A stretch of 64,000 bases of DNA from Saccostrea echinata (GCF_033153115.1 NW_026889792.1:2728001-2792000), one strand, 5' to 3'. Positions 1 through 12,987 are shown, numbered from the stretch's first letter. Translations and numbers: made by a program. The notes: generated from the sequence alone by a model not told the origin.

Positions 1-671
1 AAAGAGAAATAGGATATGACTTCATTCAGATGTGGCGGAATATTTTCTCCATACCTGTTTTATAGTCACTTTTTTATTACTACATGTATTTAATGGTACC
101 ATTAAGGGACCATTCATTAAATCAATACATGTATTAATTTAGATAGAGGCAAATTTAGATTTTTTACTTTATCTTTGTTTCATCTTATGAAAGAAACAAT
201 GGTATTATATGTTGAAAAGTGATGTCATACACATACGGTACATGTATATCATATTTTATTAAAGTATTAAACATTTTGTTTTTAATAATTCAGAGAGTGT
301 TTTTATTTTTTTATATAAAGGATGACAGTCGGTGAAATCCGTGAAAGATTTTCGTAAATATAAACTGTAACGGTAATACGGTAATTTCCAATTGCGATGG
401 CCCAATATCCAGATTTCTTTATGATATAAATATCTATATTTGCGCTTTTATCACAAAATGCACAATAGGTTATCTACATCGCAGTGCTAATAGTGCTGTT
501 AGTTTGAATTTAGCTATGTGAATGCTCGTATAATATTCATATTCCTGTAATATTAATTTGCACTATATGCCTTGTCATTCTCGACTATTTATGTAAATGA
601 GTCTTTGTAAGTTCATCTACATGATCTATAATAAAAAAAAGACCGCCATACCAGGAATACTCGATGATTTA

Positions 672-995
672 ATTAAGGAATGTTTTTAAGTTTTGTGTGA
701 GTTATTTGTGTGTAAATCACACAGACTTGTCACGTTGGCATATTTCATGAAGCGCGCTATTACATGTATATTTACATTTTCCATGTTCAAAAGCACCAAA
801 AATATACTCATTGTTTGAATTATTCGCTGCCCTGTATCGTTACATTTTTATTAACGTCTCTGTAGCTCACTGTGACGTCAGTTTGGCGCGAGTTCCTCCG
901 TGCATATTTCGAGGCGTGAGTATACACGAAAATGGCATGTGAAAATCAATTTCGCAGTTGGCTAAGTAGAAAAACACAGCAAATGTAAATATTGC
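672..995. mobile_element. Degenerate non-autonomous element, Crypton-like
   Basis: Starts ttaagg, shares catatttcatgaagcgc and tatatttacatt with the hairpin element at 49.4-49.6 kb, ends aatgtaaatat. Family assignment is inference. Confidence 0.35.
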
Positions 996-1303
996 GGTAA
1001 AAACAGATTTATTAATATTTCAGCAAACCATAATATCAGACTTAAATGTTGATCAAAATATCTGAAGTAATTTGTAACCTTTCTGTTAGTGCTACATGAG
1101 TTTATTGACAGATAATCTGTGATCTCTTCTTTTCTAACGAGGACCTAAATTTTTAAATACAAGTAAATGGTATTAGTTTTTTTAGTTTACAGTCACAATT
1201 TAAAGTAAATCAATGCAGAAACACCTAGAGATGGTAACATACACTCCTGCACACATAACAAAAGAAAAATCTCTGTTACGGGTTCTCATACCCAGGAACA
1301 AAA

Positions 1304-4300
1304 ATGGATGATGTAAGGAACTTTTTAGTCGAGCACCAAACTCTAATTGCAAGCGCAGCAGTCGCAGGTAAATTCCATTTTCCTTGGAAAATAGTAATAT
1401 CCTTCTTGACCTTTTAAAAGCATAATTTAAAAAATTGCAGTATTGAGAAGGGCATGCATTGTTATTCACTGGCCTACTAGGGTTCCTTATTTAGAACATC
1501 GCGGATTTAAAGGTATATTTCAGTGTACGGTTTATGTATTGCAGGGTATTCATAATAGAGAAACTTCTGATTCAAATCACCCCTAGCTCGTACATACTGG
1601 TAGTCGTGGAGAAAAGAACTATGGTCCGCCATTTGGACCAAAAATATCAATATTTGTTAAAAGAAGGATCACAAACTCTTAAACTTATATATGGCACGCC
1701 AAATTCACAAAAAATAGATAAACATAGTTTAACAGTGGATAAACTAGGTTTGTCGATTATAAACTATAATTTACAAACCGTTAACTATAGTTTACGATTA
1801 GTTATCTATAGTTTTCATCTGTAAAACTATATTTAACGGTTGTAAAGTGTAGTTTACGAATGCTAATCAAAGTTTATCTGTCTGTAAATAAACGTTAACA
1901 ATAAATTTTCTGATAAATATAGATTCTCATTTTTAAACTATAATTCACATTCGTTAACCATAGTTAAGAGTTGTTAATGATAGTTTCACATATCGTGAAA
2001 CTATATTTATCAGATAAACTATGTTCTACATTCGATAATTATAGATTTCGGTCGTAAACCTTAGTTAACTGTCATTGATACTCGTAAACTGTATTTAACA
2101 AATGTAAACTATACTTAACGATTGTAAACTATAGTTTTGAGAGATAAACTATGATTCACATTTGCCAACCATAGTTTATCATCTTAAACTATAATTCACA
2201 CTCGTTAACTATAGTTAAGAATTGTTATATATAGTTTATGAATCTAAACACCTGTTAACTGTTAACGATAGTTTCAATTCAAAATCTCGCGGCATCAATC
2301 GCTAGAGGAAATACTGAATGTGTGTCATTGCTGTAAGTTCTATATAAAAACGAAACATATAAACAGAATAACTTGAATGATTTCTCTTTTTGATAATCTT
2401 AAATTTATCAGTCAAGCTTTCAGCAACTCTTGATACCAGCAATGCTCAGTCATTTTTGTTTGATCAGCGCAAAAGATTGGAAAGAGGGCAAGGATAAATG
2501 TCAGTGATTTATTCTGTTGATGATGAAGAAAAAAATTATTACAAACTGTCAAAATGCATTTTTCACTATCTTTCTCTTTTAAATAAAATATAAATTTTAA
2601 TCAATAATTTTCTTGTCATTTTCTTTTTATTTACAACTAGATTTGCTTTAAAATGAAAGAACATTTACTTTTTATGTCAACAAGAAATATATATATTTAA
2701 CAACCAATGAAAATAATCGTTGTATAGCCAAATCTTATCATGCTGTATCTAGAATTACCTATCTATAATTATAATTCACGGACAAAACTATTGTTAACTA
2801 TAGTTTTGTCCGTAAAATATACTTTAGAGTCGTGAAATATAGTTTTACAGAAAACTGTGCCTCTCAGATAAAAAAAATCATAGATTCTGGCGTTAAACTG
2901 TGTTTCTCAACTGTAAAACTATATTTATCACAATTTTGTAAATTTGGCGCCTTAAATATCTGTAAACTATAGTTTACAACCGTAAATCATAATTAACACA
3001 CGTTAACTATAGCTTAGAGTTGTAAAACATAGTTTACAAATCGTGAATACGTATTTATCAGATAAACTATGTTTTGCAATCGCAAATGATTGTTTTCGGT
3101 GTTAAGTATAGTTTACACTTGTGAAACATAGATTAAGGCGTTAACTATGGTTTAGAGATGTGAAATATAGATTAACATCGTTAACTATATGGTCCGTAAA
3201 CTATAGTTAACAGTCGATAAACATAGTTAATCAACTGTGAAACTATGTTTAGCTCATTTTTGTGAATTTGGCGTGCCTTACTTTTAATTTTGTAGGACCT
3301 GGTTATTGCAGGTCCTTCTTCAAATAAGGCTTACTATAGCTAGTAAGCTTTGAAGAAGGACCTGCAATCCCATACGAAAATCATGAAAATACTAGTACTC
3401 TAGTACTATATATATAGTTATATAATCTCCAAATACATTTCAAGGAAATTACGATGTGAATATTGCACGGAATGTCAATATAGATCTAGATATAACATTT
3501 TATTCTTTTCACAAAAACACCAGATTTACATGTTTAGATAGTGTTTTCTCCCAAAACATAAACGTGTAATTCTAGCAAGAATAAAATTCTTTGATCAGAC
3601 TAAATATAAATCAAATCAATTCAAAGCATACACTGTAAAAAGTGTTCAAATAAATGACATCGTGCAGGAAAAAAGTTATGAAAATATTTTCCAACTTTGG
3701 TTCCCTTATATATGCATTAGGTGGCTACATCAATATTTTTTATGTAAGCAGGTGTGACACTCGTTGTTATTCGACTGTGGGCAGCGGGTGGGAAATGTTA
3801 CAGTAAAGCTCGCCTGGATGGAAAGACCGTAATCATTACAGGATGTAACACGGGAATAGGGAAAGAGACCGCTATCGACCTAGCAGGCAGAGGTTAGCCA
3901 AGAGTTTTCTGAAGTGTTCATTCTTCTAGTTTTGTTTTTGATTAATTCTTTTACAGTACATTGAAATTCTTCTCGTTTTTTCTTTCTTTTTTCATATATA
4001 TCTAAAGTAATGTAAATGTAAATTTTTTTATCCCTGCACAAAAAAAAAAAAATCCTTTGAAAGCCCTCTTTGTAAACCTTTTGTGTGGGAGAAAAAATCA
4101 CTTTTATTTTCCTTGTCCTATGGACTACTTCTTGACAGAATGTTGAAAAAGTATCAATTAATCGAACTCAATAAATCGATCGATCGATCAATCATTCAAT
4201 TTTTATAGGAGCCAGAGTAATTATGGCTTGTCGTGACAAGAGTCGGGGTGAGAAGGCATTGTCTGACGTCATTGAGAGGACCGAAAGTAAACAGGTCGTC

Positions 4301-7300
4301 TTGAAGATTCTTGATCTGGCCTCGCTGGAGTCTATCCGAAAATTTGCCAACGACTTCAATAAATCGGAACCCAGACTAGATATTTTATTGAACAATGCAG
4401 GTTATTTCCTAGAAATATTTAAAATTCTGAAGAAAAGGTTTGAATATTAAAATAAAAGAGTCGTTTAATATTTTCTATTACCAATCAATGAATCATATAT
4501 TATCCACATTTCATTTTTTCCCTTGTTCTTAAATCAGGATATCTTGTTCTTATTTCATCATAATAATTAAGATGAGGCAAAAAGGATTTATAGAAGAATT
4601 TATCTTGTCCCTTTTTAAATTTTTATTTTTTCACTCCATACTGGTGATTTTTCTTTAGATTAACACTGTAATTGGTAGAATCTTATTTCTTGATTTCTTT
4701 CCTGAAAAAAAAAATACTGTGCTAAAATGTTATTCTTTAAAATGAGCTTTTTTGCACAAATCCTTGAGAATACTAGTACCACGAAAGAGTTCGGATATTA
4801 TCTGAAAATTTCTCTAAGATACTGGATGCTTAACTGCTGTACAAGGTAAAATAGGCGGTAGAATCACAGATATATGTAAGGAAATTTGACACACACGTCG
4901 AGTATATTTGACTTCTTTTTTTAAATGAAGAATTGAGGTGTCTTTACTTTTATAAAAGAACGAAAGAAAAAGATAATTTATCTTTTTCTAAGAAATATGA
5001 CCGTTATCAATACGTACCTTTTTGTCGTATACATAGTGTTAAGTAATAAAAAGCGACTAAGACAAACAAACAAGAAAACAGAAGAAAGAAAACCAAAATA
5101 TAAAATTTTACAAAAATAAACCTGTTATAAATACACATGTACTACTAATTTATATCATGAATTGTATGTCAGTGAAATCAATCAATTTAAAATGCAAACA
5201 CCATTGAGTCAAGCCCGTTTTTATTTGTTAATTTTTTTTTAATATTTCGGTTGTAAGGGAAAAAAAAGAAACCCATCTTTTTATTATTTTACTAAATTTA
5301 AATCAGAAGTTTCAAGTCTATATTTGTACTTTTCCTGAACCTATAGGGATTATGATGTGTCCATACATGAAAACTGCTGACGGGTTTGAGATACAACTGG
5401 GGACAAATCATTTAGGACACTTTCTGCTAACCAATTTACTGCTGGATAAAATCAAGAAATCTGCACCTGCTAGGATTATCAATGTGTCTTCTCTGGCTCA
5501 TACATGTAAGTACTATTGTAAATAGTTAAGGAATACTAATAATATAATAGTTCTTCACCTTAAATATTAATTATATGTGATTCATAATTTAAAATGTATT
5601 TGTATTTTGTGCATAAAACTGATGTAAATTTACAAAATGAGTAGTGTGCTTGAAATGCTTTTCTTATCTAGTCGCCGACAAAATAAATTTTGATGACATC
5701 AACAGTGAAAAGAGCTATAGTCGAATGCAGGCTTACGCTCAGAGCAAACTGGCCAACATTCTGTTCTCCAGAGAACTCAGTAGAAGACTCAAAGGTAAGC
5801 AGCAAAAGTAAATTTCAAGATATTTATCTTTATATAATGACTATTAACTATAAGGTGTTTGCTTTACAGGTTTAGAGATACACTTTTAAACAATGTGGTA
5901 CATATATTGTCGTCATTGTGTCGTTCCTAAACATTTGAACATTTAAAGCATTACCAATTTAAAATATATTTGTTTTTTGTTCGTTTGTCTGTTTGTTGTT
6001 TAACGTCCCTCTCCAGAATTTTTCACTCATATGGAGACGCCACCACTTGCCGGTGGAGAGCTTCAAATTTTTGACCTATGCTCGGCACTTAGGGTCTTTG
6101 AGCAGTGAGGGATCTTTTTCGTGCCAGCACCTTCTGCGACATGGTGCCTCGGTTTATACTTTCTCATTCGAAGGACTGGTCTCCATGTCCCAGAGTGGGA
6201 TTCGAACCTGTGACGTAAGGATCAACTCCTTACTTCGCGACTCTAGAGCAGACGCTCTACCAATGCGCTACGCGGGCGACAAATATCAAAATCAGAGTTT
6301 CCAGCAGTTATAACTTTACATTTCTAAAGTAATGCTTAATCATTTGTTTTGTTTGTTTGGTTTTGTTCTGTGTCCTGTTTTTGATATAGTAAAATTGCAG
6401 CCTTTTTAAAATCTTGTTACCTAAATAATATGTCTATGAAGAAATCTGATTGTATTGGGCAAAAAGCATTATCTATACTAGAAAATATCTTCTTCGAAAT
6501 CTTGATACTAAAAATAGAAATTTGGTGCCAGTGATTAAATTTCAATTTTTTTTTTTTGGGGGGGGGGGGTTAATTCATATCTCCACCACTTAAGTTTTAG
6601 ATATTATGGGCTATGTTAGATCTGATCAAACTTTAAAAAGAAATCATAGAGTTAAAAACATGGCCTTTGTTGCTTTAAATATGCACATGTATACCCCTGT
6701 ATCTCCTCGGAAGTAAAAATGAAATATGGAGATAACGAAGAGTATTCAAGCTCAAAGTCCATTTAAACAATGCAAATCGGGAGCAGAGCAAACAAGGACC
6801 TCAAAAAACATCAGAGGTGGGATCAGGTGCCATAGGGGAGTAAGCATCCCCTGCCGACCGGTCACACTCGCCATGTCATGATCGGGAAAACGGAAAAATC
6901 CGTAGACAATTCAGTGTGTAAATAATGACCTAACAATTAGTATGAAAAACATTTGACCTAATGATAGATTGTATTTGCTGACAAGGTCATTGTATCGACC
7001 ATAATACTTGCAAAAATGATGACTTCAGACGAGATTGTTGATATCCTTGTTTCATCAACTTGTTTGTCAATAGCTTCCCTCGTTATAGAAATTGTTCATA
7101 CATAGAGCATTCTCTTGCGTATCGAATCAACTTGGGGACAAAAATCCATATGCAGGTTATAAGGGTATATTGCTACAAACGTAATGGAAGTTGATGATTG
7201 AAAATTGAATTCATCACGTTTATCATATAGCTTTGTTGTTAGGTTACAATTTTAGTCTTTTTCTAGTAAAATGTCCAGATATGAAACAGATGTGTCAGAC

Positions 7301-10286
7301 TCTGTGGTATCTTTTATTTCAAGCTCACTGGGATATATAGAGTCGACATATGAATGGAACTACTGTTAATTGATAAGACGTTGTCGATATATCTAAATGT
7401 AGATAGGCCTATATCTAAAAAAAAAAAGAATTCTTCTTAGAAGAGGACTTTAGCGTATATAAGCAGAGAAACAGTAGAAGATCAGTTTAATTTTGATCGG
7501 GATTGGTCAAAATATTAATATAATTATTTTCCCTAAAATTTCATTTCAATTTCTTTTTAATATATGATTGACTAACATGCATATTCTCCTTAGTTGTGAC
7601 TAGTTTTATAAAGAATTTATCCATAGGTTAAAAAAATATTCATAAATAATGTGTTTTATTTTCAGAAATATTTTTTTATTTAAAAAATTAACATGCATAT
7701 CCAGCCTCTCTTTACATATTTTATTAGAATTTCATATTATGCATTTCTTAACAGCACATTTTAAACTATTAATCATCTTATTTGCAAATAAAACATCATT
7801 TTTTTCATTTTCTCTGAAAATAATACCAAAAAAATCGTAAAAAATAGTTATGAGCTAATATCGGTCCATCAATACAGAAACCATAGCTTAAAAAGGATGT
7901 CTTAAAGATCTATTCAATAAAATTCTGGTGTTGCATTCCTCCTTACAGGACATCCCCAATCATATTCCAAAAATTGATTTGGCACCTGCGTAAAATGTAA
8001 GAAGAGTTCAGAGAACTAAGTTTTCATTAAAAAAAAAGAAGAAGTCCTTTTTCAACCCCCAATGGTTCCCTAGGGTGAAAATAAAAATTCTGAAAATTTA
8101 CTGCATATCTATAAGACACCACTAATCATGATTTAAATGATGATTTGGCTACTGCCTAAAATGGAAGAGTTACGGGATCATTGTTTTAAAAAGATTTTTT
8201 TTGGCTCAAAATGACCAGATGGGTAAAAATGAAGATGTCAAAACCTTATTTCAAATCTAAGTCACCATCTATCATACTCCAATAAATGATACATGAACCC
8301 AGTGACCCCCAGGGTGAAGATAAATTTTAATTCTGAAGCCATATTGCACATCTACAGGAAATCAACAATCATACTCCAAAATATAATTTGGTAATTCTTA
8401 GTTTTAAGAGGAATTCCGAGAGCCAGGTTTTATATATGGAAAAAAAAATAGAAAAAAAAGATGATTTGGCTACTGCAAAAAACGTCAGAAGAGTTCGGGA
8501 AACCAGGTTTTCGATGAAAAAAGTCGTTCATCGACTCTCATTTGGACCCTAGGTGGAAATGAAATTTCTGAAAGTTGATTACACATTTACTGGACATACC
8601 ATTTCATTGCAAAAGATGAATCGGCTACTGAATTTAAGAGAAGTTCTGAGAGCCATGAATTTGTCGAAAAACGTTGCTTTTTTGACACCCAATTGGCCCA
8701 ATAGTTGAAAATGAAATTACATAACACCAACAATCATATTCAGAAAGATAAACTGGCTAATGCATTCAAGAGGAGTTCAGGGAACCCACTTATCGACCCA
8801 CACATCTACAGGACTCACTGTTCACGGTAGTCTAGTGGTAGGAGGCTCGCTTTTTGATCGGCCCTCTTTCGATTCTCGTCCGCGTCAAACATAAGAAGTA
8901 AACATAGGTAGTGAATGTCCCTTCGCTGAGCGCCCGGCATTAGAGGTGAAAGTCGAGGCGCGGGTCTTTTGGATGAGACCTTAAAACCCGAAGTCCAGTG
9001 TCACGGTAAGCGTTTGCCCGATAAATTAAAGAACCCTTAATGCTCAATGGCCCTGAGTTAAATTCCGAGTATAGGTCTAAATTGAAGCCCTTCACCGCTA
9101 TATTGATGACCTCTTTATGTGAGTGAAAAATTCTCGAGTTGAACATAAAAAAACATAAAATCAATCAATCTACAGGTCTCCTCTTATATTCCAAAAAAAA
9201 AAAAAGAATCTGCTAATGCGAAATGTAAGAGGAGTTTGAGGAAAAAGATTTTTGGAGAAATATAACAATTTTCGACCTCCTAATTGTCCACTAGGGTGAA
9301 CAAATTTTAAAACCGTATTGTCCATCTGCAGATGGCCACTAATCATATTCCAAAAGATGATTTAGCTACTGCGTAAAATGTGAGAGTTTAAGGAAGAAAA
9401 TAGTGTGACAAGTGGACAAAAGAATAGAGGATATTAACAACAATATACCCGAATTGCAACAAATGCTTTGTTTGGCTCTTATTATAAACCATAATTCAAT
9501 CAATAAAAGATAACATTCCGGACAAATACATACTCGTATTTTTTCTTGTTTCTTTGTACTGATGTTCTTTGTTTTTACTGACAGGAACTGGCGTAACAGT
9601 CAACTCTCTACATCCGGGTTCTATAGTTACGGAGTTAGGAAGGTATATTCCTGGATACAGTTTTCTGTGGCCACTTCTTACTCTCACTTGCAAAACACCA
9701 AGAGAAGGTGCACAGACAAATATTTATTGCGCAGTTGACGAAAGTTTGAACAACGTAACTGGAAAATATTTTAGGTATGAACAGAGCCTTTAGAGAGAGA
9801 AAAATAGTAAATGTATGGAGTTTTTTTTTCCCTCAATGTAACGTGATTATGCTGTTTTTCGTGCCTGTTATACATGCTGGTCCTTGTTTAATGCTCTCAG
9901 ATCAACTGATGGTGATGCTGATCGACTCTTAACTACCAATGCCTGAGAATGTGTGTGCGGTGATTCTGTTTTTGTTGATGCTAATATTGTTTAAGTAGAA
10001 TAAAAATGTCCTTTAATTGATGACAATATGTTTTATACCTCTATGGTCATGGGGAAACTATTCACTAAATATAAGTTCAAATTCTATTTTTAAATTTTTT
10101 TGGCAATTTCTGTTGTCATTCTTCGGGGATCTTTGGTTTGATGTTTATTGATGTTTATTCCAGTGATTGTGCTGTTTATATTCCAGTGATTGTGCTGTAA
10201 AGGGGGAATCAAAAGCAGCCCAAGATGACGAGGCAGCGAGGAGACTTTGGGAGGTGTCCGCTCAAATGGTGGGTCTGGACAAATAA
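1304..10286 (+). CDS. Retinol dehydrogenase 11/12/13-like short-chain dehydrogenase/reductase, 7 coding exons, ~322 aa
   Basis: Exons 1304-1367, 3752-3892, 4209-4400, 5347-5505, 5672-5794, 9585-9774, 10187-10286; all GT-AG, phases consistent, 969 nt. Hydrophobic N-terminus, TGCNTGIG cofactor motif, [21 protein letters not shown], catalytic [29 protein letters not shown]. The exact paralog cannot be resolved by eye. Confidence 0.93.
1693..3277. mobile_element. Foldback-like non-autonomous DNA transposon in RDH intron 1
   Basis: 21-bp terminal inverted repeat ggcacgccaaattcacaaaaa (1693-1713) / tttttgtgaatttggcgtgcc (3257-3277). Both arms are built of ~21-bp degenerate tandem units (gt[t/a]aactatagtttac). 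A second right-end-like copy lies at ~2935-2954. Confidence 0.8.
5971..6280 (-). mobile_element. tRNA-derived SINE with Deu/Nin-type core
   Basis: Minus strand has an A box (tagcgcattggtagagcg), B box (ggttcgaatcc), core ccttcgaatgaga..aaaccgagg, a tail shared with the other SINE copies (atgagtgaaaaattct) and an (aaac)n end. Confidence 0.85.
6722..7400 (-). mobile_element. 5'-truncated Penelope-like retroelement (RT C-terminus plus 3' UTR)
   Basis: Reverse complement matches the + copy at 29.8-30.6 kb: decayed YIDD motif, RT thumb and conserved 3' UTR (gaccggtcggcaggggatgcttactccc..ggcacctgatcccacctctg). Confidence 0.8.
7900..9450. repeat. Degenerate ~150-bp tandem array, probably within a Helentron-like non-autonomous element
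   Basis: Recurrent unit aatcatattccaaaagatgatttggctactgcgtaaaatgtaagaggagttc..ccctagggtgaaa..cacatctacagg; interrupted by a SINE at 8817-9167. Confidence 0.65.
8817..9167 (+). mobile_element. tRNA-derived SINE with Meta-like and Deu-like domains
   Basis: Degenerate tRNA head, cgcgtcaaac..ggtagtga..cttcgctgagcgcccggcattagag, ggatgagaccttaaaacc core and (aatc)n tail. 13-bp TSD atctacagg[a/t]ctc at 8804-8816 and 9168-9180. Confidence 0.85.
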
Positions 10287-10645
10287 GATACTGATAAAGG
10301 CAAAGTGCATGCTGTTTGTATTTTATGCAAAAAAAATGAGTATATGTGTTTTCTGTATTAATATGTATATGTTTTCGGAAAGATCTGAATTTTCACATTT
10401 TCCTACTGAACTTGTACATCATGAAATCGAATGCATGAACATGTACCAGTATTATATATATTGATATATATTTCAAGTACTCACATTGTGTGCCTTACTC
10501 TCAATTTTATGGGTAAAACACTGATTACGTCTCTATTGACGTTAATTTTTAACAAGGCATATGATTGTATATGTATTTTGAATAAATACTTCTTACTCAC
10601 CAGTCTTAGTATAATCTGTACAATTAGAAGGTACATGTATTTCAC

Positions 10646-10782
10646 NNNNNNNNNNNNNNNNNNNNNNNNNNNNNNNNNNNNNNNNNNNNNNNNNNNNNNN
10701 NNNNNNNNNNNNNNNNNNNNNNNNNNNNNNNNNNNNNNNNNNNNNNNNNNNNNNNNNNNNNNNNNNNNNNNNNNNNNNNNNN
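10646..10782. other. Assembly gap
   Basis: Run of N. Confidence 1.
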
Positions 10783-10784
10783 GT

Positions 10785-11860
10785 CGATTTCGATTCCGTC
10801 CTCAATGATTCCAAGAGGATGGCATTGTTCAAGCAGATATTTTTTTAATTCATTCAGACGTTCATCTCTTTTTTTCTTGTCGCTAACAAAAGTGCAGATT
10901 CTTCTAGCTAAATTGTAAGGGATCGAACGTTTCTATGACTTGGATGACATGACTTATTAATTCTTCAAAAAGTGACACATCAGATTCTGCAATATTACCG
11001 TTTGTAACTACATACAATCCAAAGAACAGGAATATAACCTCTACAGTGCGTCACCTCAACAACATTCTACAGACGGATGAGAAAATGTCCAAAGTACTGG
11101 AAAAAATATAAATTCATCAACATATAAAGACAACCTAAAAAAACCCGAAGGATACTGTGTAAACCTTCATTTCACCAACGAAATTCATATTTGGTCTATA
11201 AATGCCCTGATGCACGTTATGGAACCTGCCAGTATATTAAAGAGGGGAGTACTTTTATATTCGGAAATAGAGAATTTACTATCAATGCAGGTATGTCCTT
11301 TGCATCTAAAAAAAGTAATTTAATGTATTACATGCGCTGGATGCGGACAATTATACAAAGGAGAAACGGGGGCCACACTACGCACTCGTATACGCATACA
11401 TAGACAACATATCAACCAACCCGAGTACAGAAAAATAAAACTCGGTGAACATCTTGCTGTTTGTGGACAGGGACAATTCTCAGTTTATCCCTTTTATAAA
11501 CTCAAAACAGAAAATCTTTTAGAAAGACGGGAAAAAGAAAAAACATTTTATCAAGATTTTTAAACCGTCCTTAAATAGTTTAATATAGATTGTTTCATGA
11601 CTTTATTATTTATTATACTACTAAGTAATTTTACTTAGACTCTATAATTGTTTCCTCTATAAGCATTGTGACGTCATTGCATTGTTGTTGACGTTATCAT
11701 CAGGTAGCGTTATAACCTCACATGTTTGAATTGTTTTGGATTTTAAAACGTCTGAAGAAGTAATGAAAGTAATGAAAATTACGTTTTACTAACATTGTTG
11801 CCTTGTTATTTTTTTATTTTCATATTAATTACCGGACACTGTGATATTTCTTTTCATTTT
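10785..11860 (+). mobile_element. Decayed Penelope-like element with C-terminal GIY-YIG endonuclease (Neptune-like Cys linker)
   Basis: Frameshifted translation of ~11190-11590 reads KCPDAR.GTCQYIKEG..FTINAGMS.ASKKVI.CITCAGCGQLYKGETG..LRTRIRIHRQHI..EHLAVCG..RREKEK.FIK.FKPSLN, a GIY-YIG domain preceded by a Cys-rich linker, followed by a pLTR-like tail. Confidence 0.8.
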
Positions 11861-11870
11861 TTGGATATAT

Positions 11871-12796
11871 TAAGGATGTCAAATCGGTCAATTTTTGATA
11901 ATCGGTTACTCGGATGTTTTTCCGATCGAGTACCCGGGTACTCGGTAAAAATGAAGATACAAGTGTGTTAATTTTCTTGAGCCCCGTTAATGTTAATTTT
12001 CTTGAGCCCCGTTAATGTTAATTTTCTTGAGCCCCGTTAAGCTCTGTTAAACCCCAAAGCTGTTTTTATCACGTTTGTAAATGTATATAAACAATCGAGT
12101 CCAAGGGAAATGATTTTTTGGTACTAAATTTATTTATAAAATAAACACAAAAGACAAAATTAATACATCAAAAATTACAAATGGTTTACAGTTCTTGTTT
12201 AGGATCTATTTCACCAACGCAAAAGGAGGACAATCTGTTACGCGGTTTTGACCAGCGAAAGGGAAGGAACGGACGTTATTGGGATCGCTTGTCTAATATT
12301 ATTCCATATGTTGGTTGTTTCCCCTGTATACACTAAACTTACTACGGAAACTGACTTTCAACATTTTTTAAATCTTTAGTTATTTCTAAATATTTCTTCA
12401 CTTTTGAAGAGGGTAGCGGCATTTCAATGCATGTCCGATTTTGCTGTCGTATATTAATTAGATAATTTAAAAATGATTTTAAGATAATAGACCATACTTA
12501 AACGATGTTCACTGAAAACAATCATTAAAGCCATCCAAAAATTAAGGACCACAATAGGTGAGAACAGCTGTGTACCAGGTGATTGGTCACTAATTACTGT
12601 ATATACACAGCCAAAGGCGAAAACAGTTGTAGGTGACGACACACTATTTACCGTATTCATATTTCAGTTATTTTTTGAAAAGTTTTTGATAAAAATATGT
12701 AGTTTGAAATTTTAAGAAAAAATAACTTCCGAGTAACCGAGTACCATTTTTAGTATTCGAAACTCGGACGTTCGATCGAGTACCCGGTTAACCGGG
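11871..12796. mobile_element. hAT-like non-autonomous element, right end lost in the gap
   Basis: Begins taaggatgtcaa, like the tagggatgtcaa element at 45168. Subterminal cgagtacccg/actcgg motifs occur at both ends. Contains a 25-bp x3 tandem repeat at 11966-12040. Confidence 0.65.
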
Positions 12797-12987
12797 NNNN
12801 NNNNNNNNNNNNNNNNNNNNNNNNNNNNNNNNNNNNNNNNNNNNNNNNNNNNNNNNNNNNNNNNNNNNNNNNNNNNNNNNNNNNNNNNNNNNNNNNNNNN
12901 NNNNNNNNNNNNNNNNNNNNNNNNNNNNNNNNNNNNNNNNNNNNNNNNNNNNNNNNNNNNNNNNNNNNNNNNNNNNNNNNNNNNNNN
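12797..12987. other. Assembly gap
   Basis: Run of N. Confidence 1.

Noticed and set aside
873-880. Perfect CRE (TGACGTCA) upstream of the RDH gene
   Set aside because: A single 8-mer inside a TE-like fragment; other copies occur in TE-like contexts (e.g. ~11669, ~17734) and nothing supports function.
6185-6280. tRNA gene (also at ~22140-22212 and ~47605-47679)
   Set aside because: These are SINE heads attached to SINE bodies; no intact cloverleaf.
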